From Schmidtea nova (lineage: Eukaryota): a stretch of DNA of 64,000 nucleotides. The notes under the pieces were generated by a model, which saw only the letters and a program-made list of their open reading frames with translations, had not been told where the DNA came from and searched no databases. Where the stretch lies: contig CM097883.1 in assembly GCA_044892505.1 (NCBI GenBank), positions 18,786,001 through 18,850,000 on the forward strand. The letters run 5' to 3'. Each line of letters opens with the position of its first letter. Position 1 is the stretch's first letter. Made by a program: the position numbers and the translations under genes. Positions 10,444 through 22,500 of this stretch are shown here, in pieces.

Positions 10444-10902
10444 ATGGAGAACAAAATAAAAGAAATGCAAACGTTTTTCGAAACAAACAACGAGACAGTG
10501 GAGACAATAACGAGAAAGTTAAAACGACTCGAGGTAGGAGAATATCACGAACCGACAAACAACACAGAAAGAGCCGAAAGGATGATGAGCTTAAGTGAGA
10601 ATAAGAACACAGTGGATACAGCAACACGATATCAGTGGTATAGAGAAAGATTAAACAACCCTGAGATGAATATCGAGTGTCACAGGCTAGAACAACAGTT
10701 AACAACAAAACACGATGAGTGGATAAGAATAACAACAGAACATACGAGACAATATCTGACGTGTCATATCTGTGAAATGAATAAGATACAGATAATGTTG
10801 TTGCCATGTGGGCATTTCCGATTCTGTAATGAATGTAAAATAAATGAACGATGTCCTATGTGCAACCTTCCCGTATCCGAGAAAATAACAGTGTACTTGT
10901 AA
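10444..10902 (+). CDS. Coiled-coil protein with C-terminal IAP/MDM2-type RING finger (putative E3 ligase)
   Basis: CHICEMNKIQIMLLPCGHFRFCNECKINERCPMCNLPVSEKITVYL-stop has the spacing and terminal position of IAP RINGs; no BIR domain is seen. Confidence 0.85.
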   Translation: MENKIKEMQTFFETNNETVETITRKLKRLEVGEYHEPTNNTERAERMMSLSENKNTVDTATRYQWYRERLNNPEMNIECHRLEQQLTTKHDEWIRITTEHTRQYLTCHICEMNKIQIMLLPCGHFRFCNECKINERCPMCNLPVSEKITVYL

Positions 10903-11599
10903 TAGAAATAAAGTTTTGAACAAGTGCAGTTGTTATTGAAATTATGAGGGTTTAAAGATGATTTGGTAAAAATGACCTAAGTAATTATGAGCTACTCACG
11001 AGTAGTCCGATAAGCACCCATTGGGGGGAACCAACTGATCAACTTACCCGAAATGTGTAGAAAGGGGCCAATCGCGGATATTGGAAAGCTCTTGTGATGT
11101 GATTGATCACCACATCGTGCATCAGTGGACCAATGCGATCTTTTTATATATTTTGGTTGGGGTGAAAGGTAGGGACAACTCAGCGAGGTTTAGGCGCGCG
11201 CAGAAAAAACTATAAAAAGAGGATGTTGAAACTGATCAGTAAAGAGAGAGAAAGCAACGAAATGAGTAAGATGAATAGCGAAACGTGGTATATGATGAAA
11301 GGCACGTAATCAGCTCGCATAAGGTAAAATCAAGTAGAAAGGTTGACGAATCGATAACAGAATAAAGGGGTGTAGTAGATGAGCCGAGTAAAGGGAAAAC
11401 TCGAGGATTAAATGAATTCCTTGAAAGAAAGGAAATGATAAAAGGGGTCCTAAAGAGAAAGGATTTGCCCATAGTTCTTGAAAGATAGAACTTAACGAAA
11501 CGCGACAATAGATTCTCCGAAGAAGCATAAGTGACCACTGGGAGGAACATCCCGAAGCAACACATGCAACCACTGAGAGATGATATTTCGAGTTTTCGT

Positions 11600-12180
11600 T
11601 CGTGAGCATAGGTCTCATAGTGAGCATAGGTCTCGTCATAAAACGTAACATCCTAGTGAGCGTAGGTCTCGTCATAAAACACAACACCAAAGTGAGCATA
11701 GTTCTCGTCCGAAAATATAAATCTCGTAGTGAGCAGAGTTCTCATTAATAAACACAAGACCAGCGAACATAGTCCTCATCAGTGAGCGTAGTTCTCATTA
11801 ATAAACATAGTCATTGTAGTGAGCTTAGTTCTCATCAGGAAACATAATTCCTGTAGTCACCATCAGTGAGCATAGTTCTCATCGGGGAACATAGTCCCCG
11901 GAGCAAAGAGTTTCCATCAGTAAGCAAAACCCTCATAACAACCATGTTTTGCCAGTGAGCATAGTTCTCGTCAGTGAGCATAGTTCTCGTCAGTGAGCAT
12001 AGTTCTCGTCAGTGAGCATAGTTCTCGTCAGTGAGCATAGTTCTCGTCAGCGAGCATAGTTCTCGTCAGTGAGCATAGTTCTCGTCAGTGAGCATAGTTC
12101 TCGTCAGCGAGCATAGTTCTCGTCAGTGAGCATAGTTCTCGTCAGTGAGCATAGTTCTCAACGGTGAGCATAGTTCTCGT
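11600..12180 (+). repeat. 19-bp tandem array CAGTGAGCATAGTTCTCGT (~12 contiguous copies, 11953-12180) with degenerate spaced copies upstream
   Basis: Unit starts at 11953, 11972, 11991, 12010 and so on to 12162; the GTGAGCATAG core recurs from about 11602. Confidence 0.95.
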
Positions 12181-12504
12181 TCGAAATAAAATATCGAGTA
12201 AAAGCCCACGAGAAAGACGACGAAGTGAGGCAGATGAGGACTAAATAAAACATAAAACTATCCGGATAGTGAAGATCAATAAGCGATAATAGAGATGAAT
12301 AATTGATAATGAGGATAAATGATGAGTAGTGAAAATGAATAGCGAATAATAAGGAATAAGGGTTGAAAGAAACCGAATTAATAACGAGAGAGTTGAAGGT
12401 GCGCACCTGGGTATTGATAAATGCGAGTAAAGCTGATTATGTGGCCTAATGATGTTAAAGTATGCATACAAGGAGGAGTAGCAAAGTAAAGTGAGTAAGT
12501 GGAG

Positions 12505-12973
12505 GGTGCTGACTGGAAAACCCAGCAGACCATGAGATTCGAGGGGAATAAAAGGAAACCGGTTTGTTAAGACAGGTAAAGTGGTAAAGACGCTAGCTGG
12601 AAAACCCAGCAGGTCAACGATAACGATCAAGAAAGATCGAGAGAATAAAAGTGAGTAATAATAAAGTGGTAAAATTGAGGACGCTGACTGGAAGACCCAG
12701 CAGGTCAAAAGTTATGATCATCGGAGTAACGAGCAGTTAAAAGTCGACAGTGAAGAGATAAAGGGTGGATAATAAGAGCGCTGACTGGAAAAACCCAGCA
12801 GGCTAATGAAACGACAATTGAGGTCGAGAATAATGAAGCAGAAGTAAAAGGTGAGATTAAAAGCGCTGACTGGAAAACCCAGCAGGCTAATGAGATAATG
12901 AGTGAAGTTGAAAGAACCAGAGTTCGAGATAAAAGGTGAGATTAAAAGCGCTGACTAGAAAACCCAGCAGGCC
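12505..12973 (+). repeat. Six dispersed copies of GCTGACTGGAAAACCCAGCAGG at ~85-90-nt spacing
   Basis: Copies near 12508, 12593, 12683, 12780, 12865 and 12949; each can fold as CUG-A-CUGG/AAAAC/CCAG-CAG. Confidence 0.85.
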
Positions 12974-13846
12974 AACGAGAGATGTCAGTTGAAGTAAAGG
13001 TGAGTAGAGATGAGAATTGAAATGAAGTAGTAAACGTAGTGCGAATAGGAGATAAAGCGAATAGTTGGGAAATAGAGTAGTAGACAGATAAGGGGGATTT
13101 GAACTCAGAGCCAGAGAAGCTTGAGAAAAGTAAAGGGGATAATAAGAGCGCTGAGCGACAAAGTAATTGGGGAACTGGGGAAAAGTAATTGGTGTATTTG
13201 AAAAAGAATAGATAATTGATGCGACTGCATAGATAATTTAAATAGACTTAAAATCAAGGGAAATGGGAAAAATGGGGATCTTCATGAATTATGACTACAC
13301 CCGTGAGAGGGACGAGAAACACGATAACGGGGACGTATCGTGTAAGTGATTATTTGTTTTAAGGAAACAAATCAATCAAGCAATTCAAAGCAATCTAGCA
13401 GTCAGAGCAATCAAAAGAAACAAATCAAAGAAGAAGCAAAGCAAAAGCGGAGTAGAAAAGCAGTTGAGAATATAAGCAGTTGAGGAATAGACAAAATTGA
13501 GGGACGAGAAACAAGATCAGGTATAATACCAATCTTAACGGAAGCAGAAAGAAAAGCAGCGAAAAGGACAAGAACAGGTAACAAGCCTAAGCAACAAAAG
13601 AACAAACAAGTAGAGATCAGCGATAATTCGAGTAATAAAGAGAATCAAGAAGAAACCCCAGAAGATCTAGAAGTACAAAACGAAGTAGAGACGATAGACA
13701 GTGAACTAGTCAGAGAAAACAGAACAAGAAGCGAATCAAGAGATAACGAAACAGAGAGTAGCGAAGAAGAAGAGTCGAATTCAGAAACAAGTGGTGAACT
13801 AGAATTAAAGAAAACTAGTACAGTATTCCAAGATAGTGGAATCGGG

Positions 13847-16513
13847 ATGAGTGATCACAGAGAGGATCTAAGAGAAAAATTCAAGGGCGAACCATTTAAT
13901 GGAGACGCCAGTAGATTGGACACGTTCCTGAAAGAATTTGGCATATTCGTGGATATATGCTGATGGAGTGCAGAAACGTTAGCGAATCGAATCCCGCTAT
14001 ACTTGAAAGATAGCGCATTGGATCTGTATATTGAGAAGAGATCGGGAAGTAATCCACCCAGAACGTGGGAAGCAATCAAGGAGTTCTTCCAACAGACGTT
14101 TGGGATAAATAAAGTGTTGAACGAAGCGTTCGATGAGTTCTCAGCAAGAAAACAGAGGAGAAACGAGTCAAATGCAGTGTACGCAAGTGAATTAAGAAAG
14201 TTGGCGAAACTGGCATTCAACAGAGGAAGCCCAGTAGACGAAGAATTGATGACAGCGTTATTCGTACGAGGTCTCAGGAGACCTGACATCAGAGCACAAG
14301 TGGGATGCAAAGGATGTAAAACAGTAGATGAAGCGTTGGAAGCAGCCAACCTATTCGAATTGCATATGGCAATGAATGACATGAGAATTACGGCGGTAAT
14401 GGGAAAAACGACAGAAGATGAAGAACAAGGAAAAAGAAACATGAATCAAAGTATTCCCCATTCACAGAGATTGTTCAAAGAACCGCCAGCGAGGAAGAAT
14501 AACGGATATATCACAGTAAACACGAATGGAGGAAATAGTTACAATGACAGGCAGAATAGGCAATGTCAGACGTGTGGGAAAAACGGACATTGGCAACAAG
14601 ATTGTTTTCAGAATGTAGCCTGCAAACTGTGTGGACAAAAAGGTCACTCAGAGAATCGATGTTATGGGAAAACGTGTTACACATGTGGGAAAACGGGACA
14701 CATGTCAAGAGAGTGTAATCAACAGAGAAGTTGGTCAAACAGTGGAAATAGACAGAACTATGGAAATCGACCAAGCTATGGGAATCAGGGTCAACAACGG
14801 AATAACCCAAACAGCAGTGCAAATGAAGCCAGTATGAAAGAAGCTAAGTTGAGACAGGAGGTATCCAGATTACACGAGATAATCGAAAGCATGGCAAAAG
14901 GAAGCCAGCAAGCTGCTCAACCAAAGATAAACATGATCCAGTTAATAGAAGCTGAGGCCGAAAGAGAGAATAGAGAAAGCCAACAGAAACATAATCAAGA
15001 ATGGGCTAGAGTACGACGAGAAGAAGAACAAGTCAGGCAACAACGATTACAACAGTTAAAAAAGGGAAATCCAAGGATCAACATGATGCGAGCAATGATG
15101 GAAGAGAAGCAGCAGGATGAGTCAGACGAGTCAGAAGTTAAAGAGAAAAGAAACGAAGGACAGAAACAAGAAGAAGTGAATCAGGAAGTAGAAGTCGCGG
15201 AGCAGAAGCAAAAGGATGAAGAAGTAGAAAAAGAAACAGAAACGGAAAAAGAAGTAGAAAAAGAAACGAATCAAGAAGAGGAAGTAAGAATCAAACAAAG
15301 AGGAATGTTGGTGATCATGCCGAATGATCACGTGTGGCGATTCAAATACGATGTAAAAGAAGAAGTGGGAAGACTGTTCAACAAAGTAAATGAGATGATT
15401 CCGGGAGTGACGAAACTGCCCAGAGAAGCATTCCTACAAACAGAGGATTTACCGGAAGTAAAGTTGAAGATGACTGATATATGGGAAGATATGGGAGTAA
15501 CAGAAACGAAAATAAACGTGATGATCATCAGAGAGGTGGAACCGGAAAAAATCCCACCACCAGTGAAACATCAAACTCGGATTAGTCGAATATTCAAGGG
15601 AAAAATAAGACGAAGACGGTTGGAAGAAATAGACGAGTTGGAGAAAAGAATGGGAAAAGCCGAAATAATGGGAAACGAGAAGGAACTAACCCAGGAAGTC
15701 AGCAAAAACGAAACGAGACCAACCGCGCATATTGGGATGCTGAGACACCCAAGACAAGAATTGTCAGATGAGGAAGACGACAGCGAAGTTAGCAGTCTGG
15801 CAGGAGACATGCTAAAGGAACCAGAAAACGAGGACAAAAAGATGGAAGTAGTCGAGACAATAGAAACATTGTCAGTAAAGGAAGACGAAATTCAGAAGCT
15901 GATGGATAACGCGTTGGAAGTAATCCATAACGAGGAGTTTATCGACACGAAACGATATCGAAAGTTTATACGAGCAGTATGGCAGATGAAGTATAAAAAG
16001 TGGTTACAAGAAAGAGAAGTGAGAGTAATACAAGAGTTCATAGAGAGGTTATTGAAAGAACCACTCAACGAATACATAATACAGATATGGATAAACGAGT
16101 GTTCACCGAGAATCTGGATAAGGAACCCAATGACGGATGGAATTTACCGATGGGTTGAAGACAGATTGGGAAGCTCGTACAAAGACAAATTCATATATTC
16201 GGAAAACGGATTGGTGAGAAAAGGAACGCATATGATAGACACAGGCATATGGCCAGGAGAAATAACAACGCTATCTATATGCAACACCAAAAAGGAAGAG
16301 AACTTACAAGGAATCGTCAAAGAAGCGAATACGTGTTACGAGATGAGAATAAAACCTCAGTTGATAGAGGCAAAAGAAAGAATCTTGGCGGAGAATTTGA
16401 ATACGATGATAGAACAGATCATCCAACAAATCAAGAAACATCGAAAGGAATTGACGAAAAGCGAGTATGAGAATTTGAAACAGTGTATCGAGAACATACG
16501 AGATACAAGTTAA
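13847..16513 (+). CDS. gag: Gag (capsid, three CCHC knuckles, long C-terminal extension with two ubiquitin-like folds); interrupted by in-frame TGA at 13961-13963
   Basis: FGIFVDIC*WSAETLANRIPLYLKDSALDLY is gag N-terminal-like; knuckles are CQTCGKNGHWQQDC, CKLCGQKGHSENRC and CYTCGKTGHMSREC. The frame is otherwise open back to 13346 except for a TGA at 13481. Confidence 0.9.
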
Positions 16514-16555
16514 ACGAGACATTCAAATTTCAAGACGGACAAGCTAATTGCCAAG

Positions 16556-19500
16556 ATGGGAAAAGAAATGTTTAAACGAGGAGAGGTATCAGATCTGAAG
16601 ATTACCGTGAGATTACCAAACGAAGAGACAAAACAAATTGAGGTAATACCAGATAGTAAAGTGGGAGAAATAGTAGATGTCATCAATGAGACGATATTGC
16701 AACGAGAACGGGAAGATGAATTCGAAGATGACATCGCGATAAAATACAAGGAACATCTACTGAACGAACGTGACGAAAGACGAGCGTACAAAATCGGCAT
16801 ATGGGATAATTATCAGACAATACACGTCATCAGAATGGATGATGTGCAAAGAGCAACACCAAGAGATGAGGAAAGGAAAAAGAAACGACGAGAGGACGTT
16901 ATGCGTAAGCTGAGGCAGATAGTAGAAATTTATCGGAACTGGCAGATGAAGCCAGAATGGGAGACAATATTGGGAGAATTGGATCTTAACAGACGACGGT
17001 TGACGCCAGTAGAGAGGCAATGGGATAACAAAGAAAAATGTTGGAAAGTGAAAAGAGGCGTGTATGAAGAAGATCCAGAAGGAGAAGACAGATACGAAAC
17101 GAATACGAAACGGATATGTATGGTAACAAGGAGAATATTACCAACGGACTTAGACGGACCAGAAACTGCAGTAATATGGGCAGAATTGGAGAAATTGAAA
17201 ACGAGTGAATTGATCGAGCTATTGAGAGGAAATACTCGGGGAAAAAGACAAACAATAAAAGGCTTAGCACAATTCATAATCTCAAATGGAGAAGACATAA
17301 CGAACTTGAGAAAAGTAGCTAAAGCGATAGCAGAATACAAGAGAGTTAACGAGTGGTGTCCAGAGCAACTAGACGATGTAATAAAAAAGTGGAGAAACAA
17401 AGAGTTTGCGGAGGAAACGCCACAGAAAATACATTTGAGGATAATGTATCCGAATCAGAGAAAAGAAGAGTTTTGGGTGATGCTAACAGAAAAAGTGAAA
17501 AGTGTTAAAGAGAAACTGATGTACGAACTACCATTCCACCTGCAACATCAAGGACGATCGTTGGATAATAATTTAGAAATCTGGCTGACACCAGTACAAT
17601 TGGACCTAATGAACACGCTAACAGTGGCACAAATAGTGGGTCAACCACTGAAGTTTAAAGAGGAAAAGAAAGCGAAGGGAAGCATGAGTACACCAAGTCC
17701 GATGAAGTCAACAATGACCCCAGGAACAAGTTCGGGACAAGTAAGAACAACACCAATAAAAACGAGAGAGAGAACACCGCCAGAAGCGTATGACGTCGAT
17801 GAGATACTAACAGATAGTGACGAGGCGATAGAAGAACTAACAAAGTTGACTCAAAAACCAACGGCGAATATTTTCGACAGAATAATACAGATGCCAATAA
17901 CGTCACCAGCAGAAATCGACGATCAAGGAGTGGAACAGGAGGTAGTCATAGAAATGGTAAACGATTCGGAAGACGAACAAGGACAACCACAGTTTACTCA
18001 AGAAATGGAAAGATGGTTGGAACAACGAGCAAACGAAGGAAGGGATGTTACAGAAGAAACAGGAAGAGCAACGAGATTTGTAGAAACCGGAACTGGAATG
18101 GAAAAACGACCAAGAGGAAGACCAAAGATAGATCCAGCAACAACAATCCCAAAATCAAGGGAAGAAAGGAGACAAGAGCAATGGGAGACTTGCTTGAAGA
18201 AACTGGATAAAATCGCAGAGATCAGAGGAAAAGAGGAGAATCAAGTTTGTCAAGGAGAAGAATGGCTCACCAAAACGATAATGGATGTGTTAGCGGTAAT
18301 TGACCCAGAATTAAAGAATTTGTGGCGGATAAACGAACCCAGTACAAAGGCAAGGATGCTACACAATGCGATAGCACCAATTATGCCAGAATTGATAAAA
18401 GCGAAAACAAAATCAAATCATCTGGATTGGCAAGGAACCACGATGTTAATAAAAAAGCTACTGAACGGAACAGAAACGGACAGCAAATATCTAGTAGCAA
18501 TCTCGTATACGATATACAATTTGTTAACGCTAAGCCGAGGAAGCCCGAAGTCAAGTCCGATGGGAAGACATATCAAGAATACGGCGATGATTATCGAGAA
18601 AGAAATTGAACCATATATCCTCAGAAAAGGAGGATGGGAAAAGTTCATAAAAGAAAATCAGACAAAAGAAGGTTCTAACGTGATGAGAAAGAAACTCGAA
18701 GGAGTATTGAGAGAAATGGAGAATAGACAAACGATGCAAGGAAACGGAAGATCGACGTTGAATTTAAACTCGATAATCATGATGATGTTAGTATGGTTGT
18801 TAAGCACAGAGGGTGTAACAATATTTGAAGTATTTGATTGTGATCAAATGAAGTTAGGAGAAAAGTACTCATTGAGAGGTACGGAGCAATGCAAAGATGC
18901 AACTCCAGTAGAGTTGAAAGAGAATAAAAAAGAACAATGGTACCACGTATATCAAGAGGCAGAACTAATAAAGACAATGGTGAATGAATGCAAGGTACAG
19001 AAGACGAGATTCGCATTCTATTGTGGGAGAGGACATTATTCAGCAATTGTCATGCCAGGAACAGAAAGAGAACCAATCGTATTGCAAGGGGAAGACTGCG
19101 AAGCATTATTTAAACATGGAGAAGTGACAACGAGAGATAAAATCAAGATAAAAGGAAAGCCAGGAATGATGTTGCAGCAGACGTATTATGTAGCAGGACG
19201 GATTACGGGAGGAGAAGGATATTGTCAAGGAGAAACCTACCCAATATTCGGGGTACCTGCAACCAACTTAGTAGTGATGGATACGTACATAGTCGAACTG
19301 AAAAGCTACGAAGCATTCTTCGAACCAACAACAGGAGAAATGAAAACGTTATCCATGTGTAAAATTGACAGAAGCATGTGTCAAACGGGAATGTCAACAT
19401 TGGTGTATAAACCAAAAGTGAACGAATGTCAATTACAACTGCTACAAGGAACAAAGTTCGACGAAATTCAAGGAAAAACGTTCCAGGAAGAGGACGAGGA

Positions 19501-22500
19501 CGACAAAGCTAGAGCAAAACATCTCAAAGAAGCTTTAGAGAATAAAAGACAACTGAAACCGGATCATAGAGAGAAACGGATAGAAATGAGAACCACACCA
19601 ACAGTGTTGATAACCACAAACCAGGATGTGGGAATGAGATTCATAAAAGGGAAAGCAACCCTTAAGTGCAGTACAACAGTATACGAAACGAACTATCCAG
19701 GAATATACGTGTCAAAGCAAGAAGTGCCGAATGCGAAACCCAAGATCGACACAATGGATATCAAGCTACACTTGTATGTGAATAATAAAATGGATTTCTT
19801 ATTCCATAGAGGACAAGCCTCATTGCAAAAAGTGTACTACGATCTGATAAACAACGATTGTATACTGAATCGGGAAATATTGAAGACAAAGTTGGCCGTA
19901 GCGATTACGAATCCAGATAGCGCGATGCCGTTATTACCACTGAGAGAAGGACATTTCGGAAGAGTGGTTGGAGAAGCAATGTATGTATACATTTGCGAAA
20001 AGACACACGCATCGCTAGCAGCAACAACGCAGTTGAAACCTGGACAATGTACAAACGAACTAGAAATCGATTACAAAGGAAAAGTACGATACGTTCAACC
20101 GGTGACGAGAATCATCAATCCACCAGGATTTGAACCAAATCCATTCAACTGTAGTAATGCGTACGGACCGCTTTATCAGAAGCCAGATGGCAAATGGGTT
20201 ATGTTCCCAGGAAGAACTGAAGTATTAGCACCAAGAGAATTTGAGCTAATGCAGTTGTCGAAAGATAGACAGTTCAGCGACGTAGATGTCTCAAACAACG
20301 GAATCTATAGTCCAAAGGATCTAGAAGCAGCAAGGCAGAATATACTATTTCCGGCAAGAAGAGAAGCATTACTGTCAAATATCGTAACGATAACGGGAGG
20401 AACGAATTATCGAGAAGGACCAAATTACGAACTGCTGTTGTCACCGGCACATTTCAAGAAAGCCACAGAAAACATGATGAAGGCAATGTGGGGAAGATTC
20501 CTGATATTCGGACAAATGATGGCTGGAATACTGGGTGTTATATTGATAATACAAATCGTCAGAGTGATAATAACGCAAATGTTAGCGTGCTTCGATATCT
20601 ACAAGAGAGAAAAGAAAGTGAATTGGAAAATGGTAGTAGGGTTTTTACCATTCCTTGCGAAAACAATGGTGTTACATGGACACTCAAAAGACATACATCG
20701 AATAAAGAGGTTGTTGAAGATACTTGCAAAAATGAAAGGAACTAACGAAGATGTCGGAAGAAAATTCAAAAAGATAATGCAAGATGAACAAGCAAGACGA
20801 CAACTGAAGAAGGAAAGGAAAGGATTATGGGAAAGAGTGAGAGGATATCGAACACAAGATGATTCAAGTAATGATGACGATGATGATGACGATCGAGGAG
20901 GACAAGCGAATATAAACCAGATTCCACAATACACCGAAAAGAGTGCAGTTGAGAATTGGAGATACAGCGCTCCACCTCAGTCAATGTATAACGAACCGAT
21001 ATACAAAGCGAAGCCGAATATGATGCAGATGATGCCGATGACAAGTATATACCCGATAATTCCAGAAGGATGCAAAGTAAAACGGGGTAGTAGCGTAAAC
21101 TCGTTGGAAGACACGCACACGATAGCAGTTATGTCCACAAATATGGGACCCATCTTAACAACAACCGTAGAAATAAACGGAAGAGAAATCGAAGCTATGA
21201 TCGATACAGGTGCGAACATTTCGGCAATCGACATCAACTATATACCAGAGAAAAACCAAGGAGAAATCGAGAAGACGAATGTACATGTAATCGCGTGCAG
21301 TCAAGAGACAGTAGAGGTAGCCGGAAGATGGTTCGTAAAAATTAGGCATCGAGGTGCAGAAATCAACACGTACATCGCTGTAATACCATCGCTGAGTGTA
21401 CCATGTATTATTGGAACTGACCTGATGCCAGACCTGTTCAAAGAAATCGTGATTGATCTAGGAGCAATGAAGCTAAAAGATAGGACAGGAAAAATCTGCA
21501 GGATGAAAGTTAAAGTGGCAAGTGCGGAACAAATAGTAGTGCCAGCGAGACATGAAATGATGTGTTACGTCAAGATCGATTCGACAATAAAAGGAGATAT
21601 GGTATTCGAACCAAGTAAGAAGTTCGAAGCAAAGAAAGAATTACCAATGGCAAGAGAATTGGTCACGATAAACCAAGAAGGAGAAATACCGATCAATCTG
21701 GTGAACTTCGACGAAGAGGACAAGATAATATACGAGAATGAGAAATTGGGTAAATTGACACCCATGTCCGAAATCGAAATACCAGACAAGAACGAGAAAA
21801 GCAAAGACGAATTACCATGGAAAATCGACAGTGTGTTGTTAGACGAACGACAAAAAGAACAGTTACAGAAACTGTTGATGGAATATAAAGATATATTCGC
21901 AGCATCAGATCTGGATTTAGGAACATGTGACGTAACCTTACACACGATACCATTGACGGACGAGACGCCAATCGCATTACGACCATACAAATTGGCAGAA
22001 GCTCAAAAAACAGTGGCAGAAGAAGAGGTACAAAAGATGTTAGATGCAGAGGTCATCGAACCTAGTTGCTCACCCTGGCAATTCCCAGTGGTGATGGTGA
22101 AAAAGAAGGATGGAACTCAGAGATTCTGTATCGATTACAGACGATTGAATGCAGTTACAAAAAGAGATACGTACCCACTGCCAGACATAAATGAAATGTT
22201 ATTGACGTTACAAGGAGCAGCTTATTTCACGTCACTAGATTTAAAAAGTGGATATTGGCAGATCAAAATGAAAGACGAGGATAAAGAGAAGACAGCATTT
22301 ACAATCGGACGAGATCTGTACCAATTCAAGAAAATGCCGTTTGGGTTAACAAACGCGCCAGCATCATTCCAGAGATGCATGAATTTCGTAACACATGGCA
22401 TAAAACAATGCATGGTGTACATCGACGATCTATTGATCTACTCCGCAACATTTGAAGATCACTTACAAGATATCAGAAATGTGTTCGTGAAATTAAGACA

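Noticed and set aside
11953-12180. 19-bp array as a CRISPR array
   Set aside because: Repeats are contiguous with no unique spacers, no cas genes are present, and the context is eukaryotic.
13481-13963. In-frame TGAs as selenocysteine or a TGA=Trp genetic code
   Set aside because: TGA terminates intact ORFs here (32559, 54061), TGG is used for Trp, and I could not identify a SECIS element.
21500-21780. dUTPase between protease and RT
   Set aside because: Beta-rich spacer typical of animal Gypsy elements, but no dUTPase catalytic motifs are visible.
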